A stretch of 62,229 nucleotides of DNA, counting the filler, from Dirinaria sp. TL-2023a (Eukaryota): NCBI GenBank assembly GCA_051941275.1. It is 5 parts of 5 records of this genome, joined end to end, with 100 filler letters (N's around TTAATTAATTAA, not from the genome) between each part and the next. Parts side by side here need not be neighbours in the genome. Positions count along the whole stretch, not along the records: positions 49,933 to 62,229 come from JAVEBF010000773.1; 4 more parts are not named here. The stretch is one strand, 5' to 3'. Position numbers and translations under genes: made by a program. The notes under the pieces are model-generated. The model made no database searches. It was not told where the DNA came from and worked only from the letters and a program-made list of their open reading frames with translations. Of the stretch, positions 60,709 through 62,229 are shown piece by piece (position 1 is the first letter of the stretch; every line of letters begins with the position of its first letter).

Positions 60709-62229
60709 GAATACTCAAGGCACGCTCGAGCAGAGCTCAATTCCCTTATATTGGCATAGGCGTTCGCATTTGAATATATATACTTACCGAATCACTTAGC
60801 TGAAAGGATCGCTACGAAAAGAAGATGTACCTGGTGTATCCCACAACCACGGAATTGGCATCCCACTTTTCAAGGCCAAGCCTACGAGTCGTTTCGTCGA
60901 AGCCAGACGGATTTTCTTCTGAAATTTCTCGCGCAGCGTTATTCCTTCTCTGTAAGTGACGATAGAAGACGTCAGTACTTTTGGGCGTCCCTACTACATT
61001 AATAAATTACTTGGGAAGCGCATACAAGATCCTGGCTTTCTGTTCCCTTGCTGGGTAGGTAAAAACTAAATCAAGAAGGCAGTGGAAACTGGGAGTACTA
61101 ACAAGATTTTGGCATGCCTTGAAATGCTTTCTCTTTGTCTCTCGCTCTTAGGTCTTATCGCTCGGACCGTAAATCTAGAGCCCGCGAGTTCGAGAGCTTT
61201 CCTCAACCTCTGTCAAGATCCTACGAATAAGCAAGAACCCAAAGCAAAGCTTCCGCAAGCCTCCAACCCCTGTATCCCACTCTTGAAAGCGATCTTTGCG
61301 CGAACACCTGGCATATACGAAATTGATAAACAGCATCCAAAGAAACATACCGGAAGCAGAAACATTGCTCCTTTTGCCCTTCTGCTACCCAACATCTACT
61401 AAGAATGATCGATTTCTTTTGATTAAAAGACAGCTGCAGCAAGAAAAGACTTCATACCACGATTTTTCCCCGGCATCTCTACCTTCAATCCCGGTGTTCC
61501 TATTAGATATTTGATTGTGAGCTTTTTGCACCGAGGACCGGGCCCACGAGGAGAAACACACCGCGGGCAATCGTTTTCGCTGGAATTTTGTGCATCCTGG
61601 GGAAGTCACCAAAACGAAAAGGGGGGGGAAGAAAGGGGCTTCCCCTCTTTCCTTCACGGATGGAAGAAGGAGCCTTAGGTAGAAGGGACGGCAAGTCTGA
61701 GCAGTGAATCTCGTTCTCGATTGTGAAGGATAGACTGGTAGGATTAAGAATCTTATGAGGTCATTTTCCCCCCTCTCTTTCATCCTCCTATTTTTTCTTT
61801 TTTTTTTTCTCTCGAAAAATAACTTGATAAATCGCAGTCTGGGTTAGCGGCTACCACGCATATCTAATACGAGGCTTGGCATAAGCCTATTCTATATGCC
61901 ATCCCTTGATGTTGGGAAGTGGAGAGAGGAAAGTCTGCTACATCATTCAAGAGGCAAAGAAAAGGCGAAATTATTCTGGTATGACGCAGCTGCCTGGGCG
62001 ATTTTATTTTCCAGGCCCCAGAGAGCAAATATCGATCTCGTTCTCGCAGCAAGAGCGAAGCATGTAAGGGTACGCAGACTATTTCAAAATTATCTCTCTC
62101 CTTTTTTCCCCGCTTCCTTTTCCTTGGTTTCACAGAAGTCGGTTCAGGAGAATATATAGCCCTGCTCTTCCTACAAAAATTCTACGTTAGAGTATGAAAG
62201 AGAGTGGAGGGTTTTCACCAAAACCCACC

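Overview
Eukaryotic, intron-rich filamentous ascomycete DNA. The secreted protein families suggest a lichen-forming Lecanoromycete, but that is an inference. The window is not one locus: it is five contigs (1-12445, 12546-24932, 25033-37387, 37488-49832, 49933-62229; 12445/12387/12355/12345/12297 bp, in descending size) joined by identical 100-nt N44-TTAATTAATTAA-N44 linkers, so adjacency across linkers has no biological meaning. Contig 1 is accessory: two tandem orphan paralogs with identical exon structure flanking a CpG-decayed pseudogene, a CAP/PR-1 protein and two Cys-rich secreted proteins. Contig 2 has an FHL1-like FHA/forkhead factor, a 2OG-Fe(II) oxygenase, a DsbA/FrnE thioredoxin, an SDR and a Kelch membrane protein. 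Contig 3 is a tailoring-enzyme cluster without a backbone gene: two P450s with atypical I-helices, a PTH11-like membrane protein and an FAD oxidoreductase. Contig 4 has KRE6/SKN1, a small protein resembling the cyanobacterial nuclease inhibitor NuiA, RPL3 and a SNF2 helicase. Contig 5 has GRH1, SUB1/PC4, a MITE-like remnant, a P450 with a GC-AG intron and an alpha/beta hydrolase. I recognised no tRNA, rRNA or CRISPR. Gene coordinates were spliced by eye and span introns.
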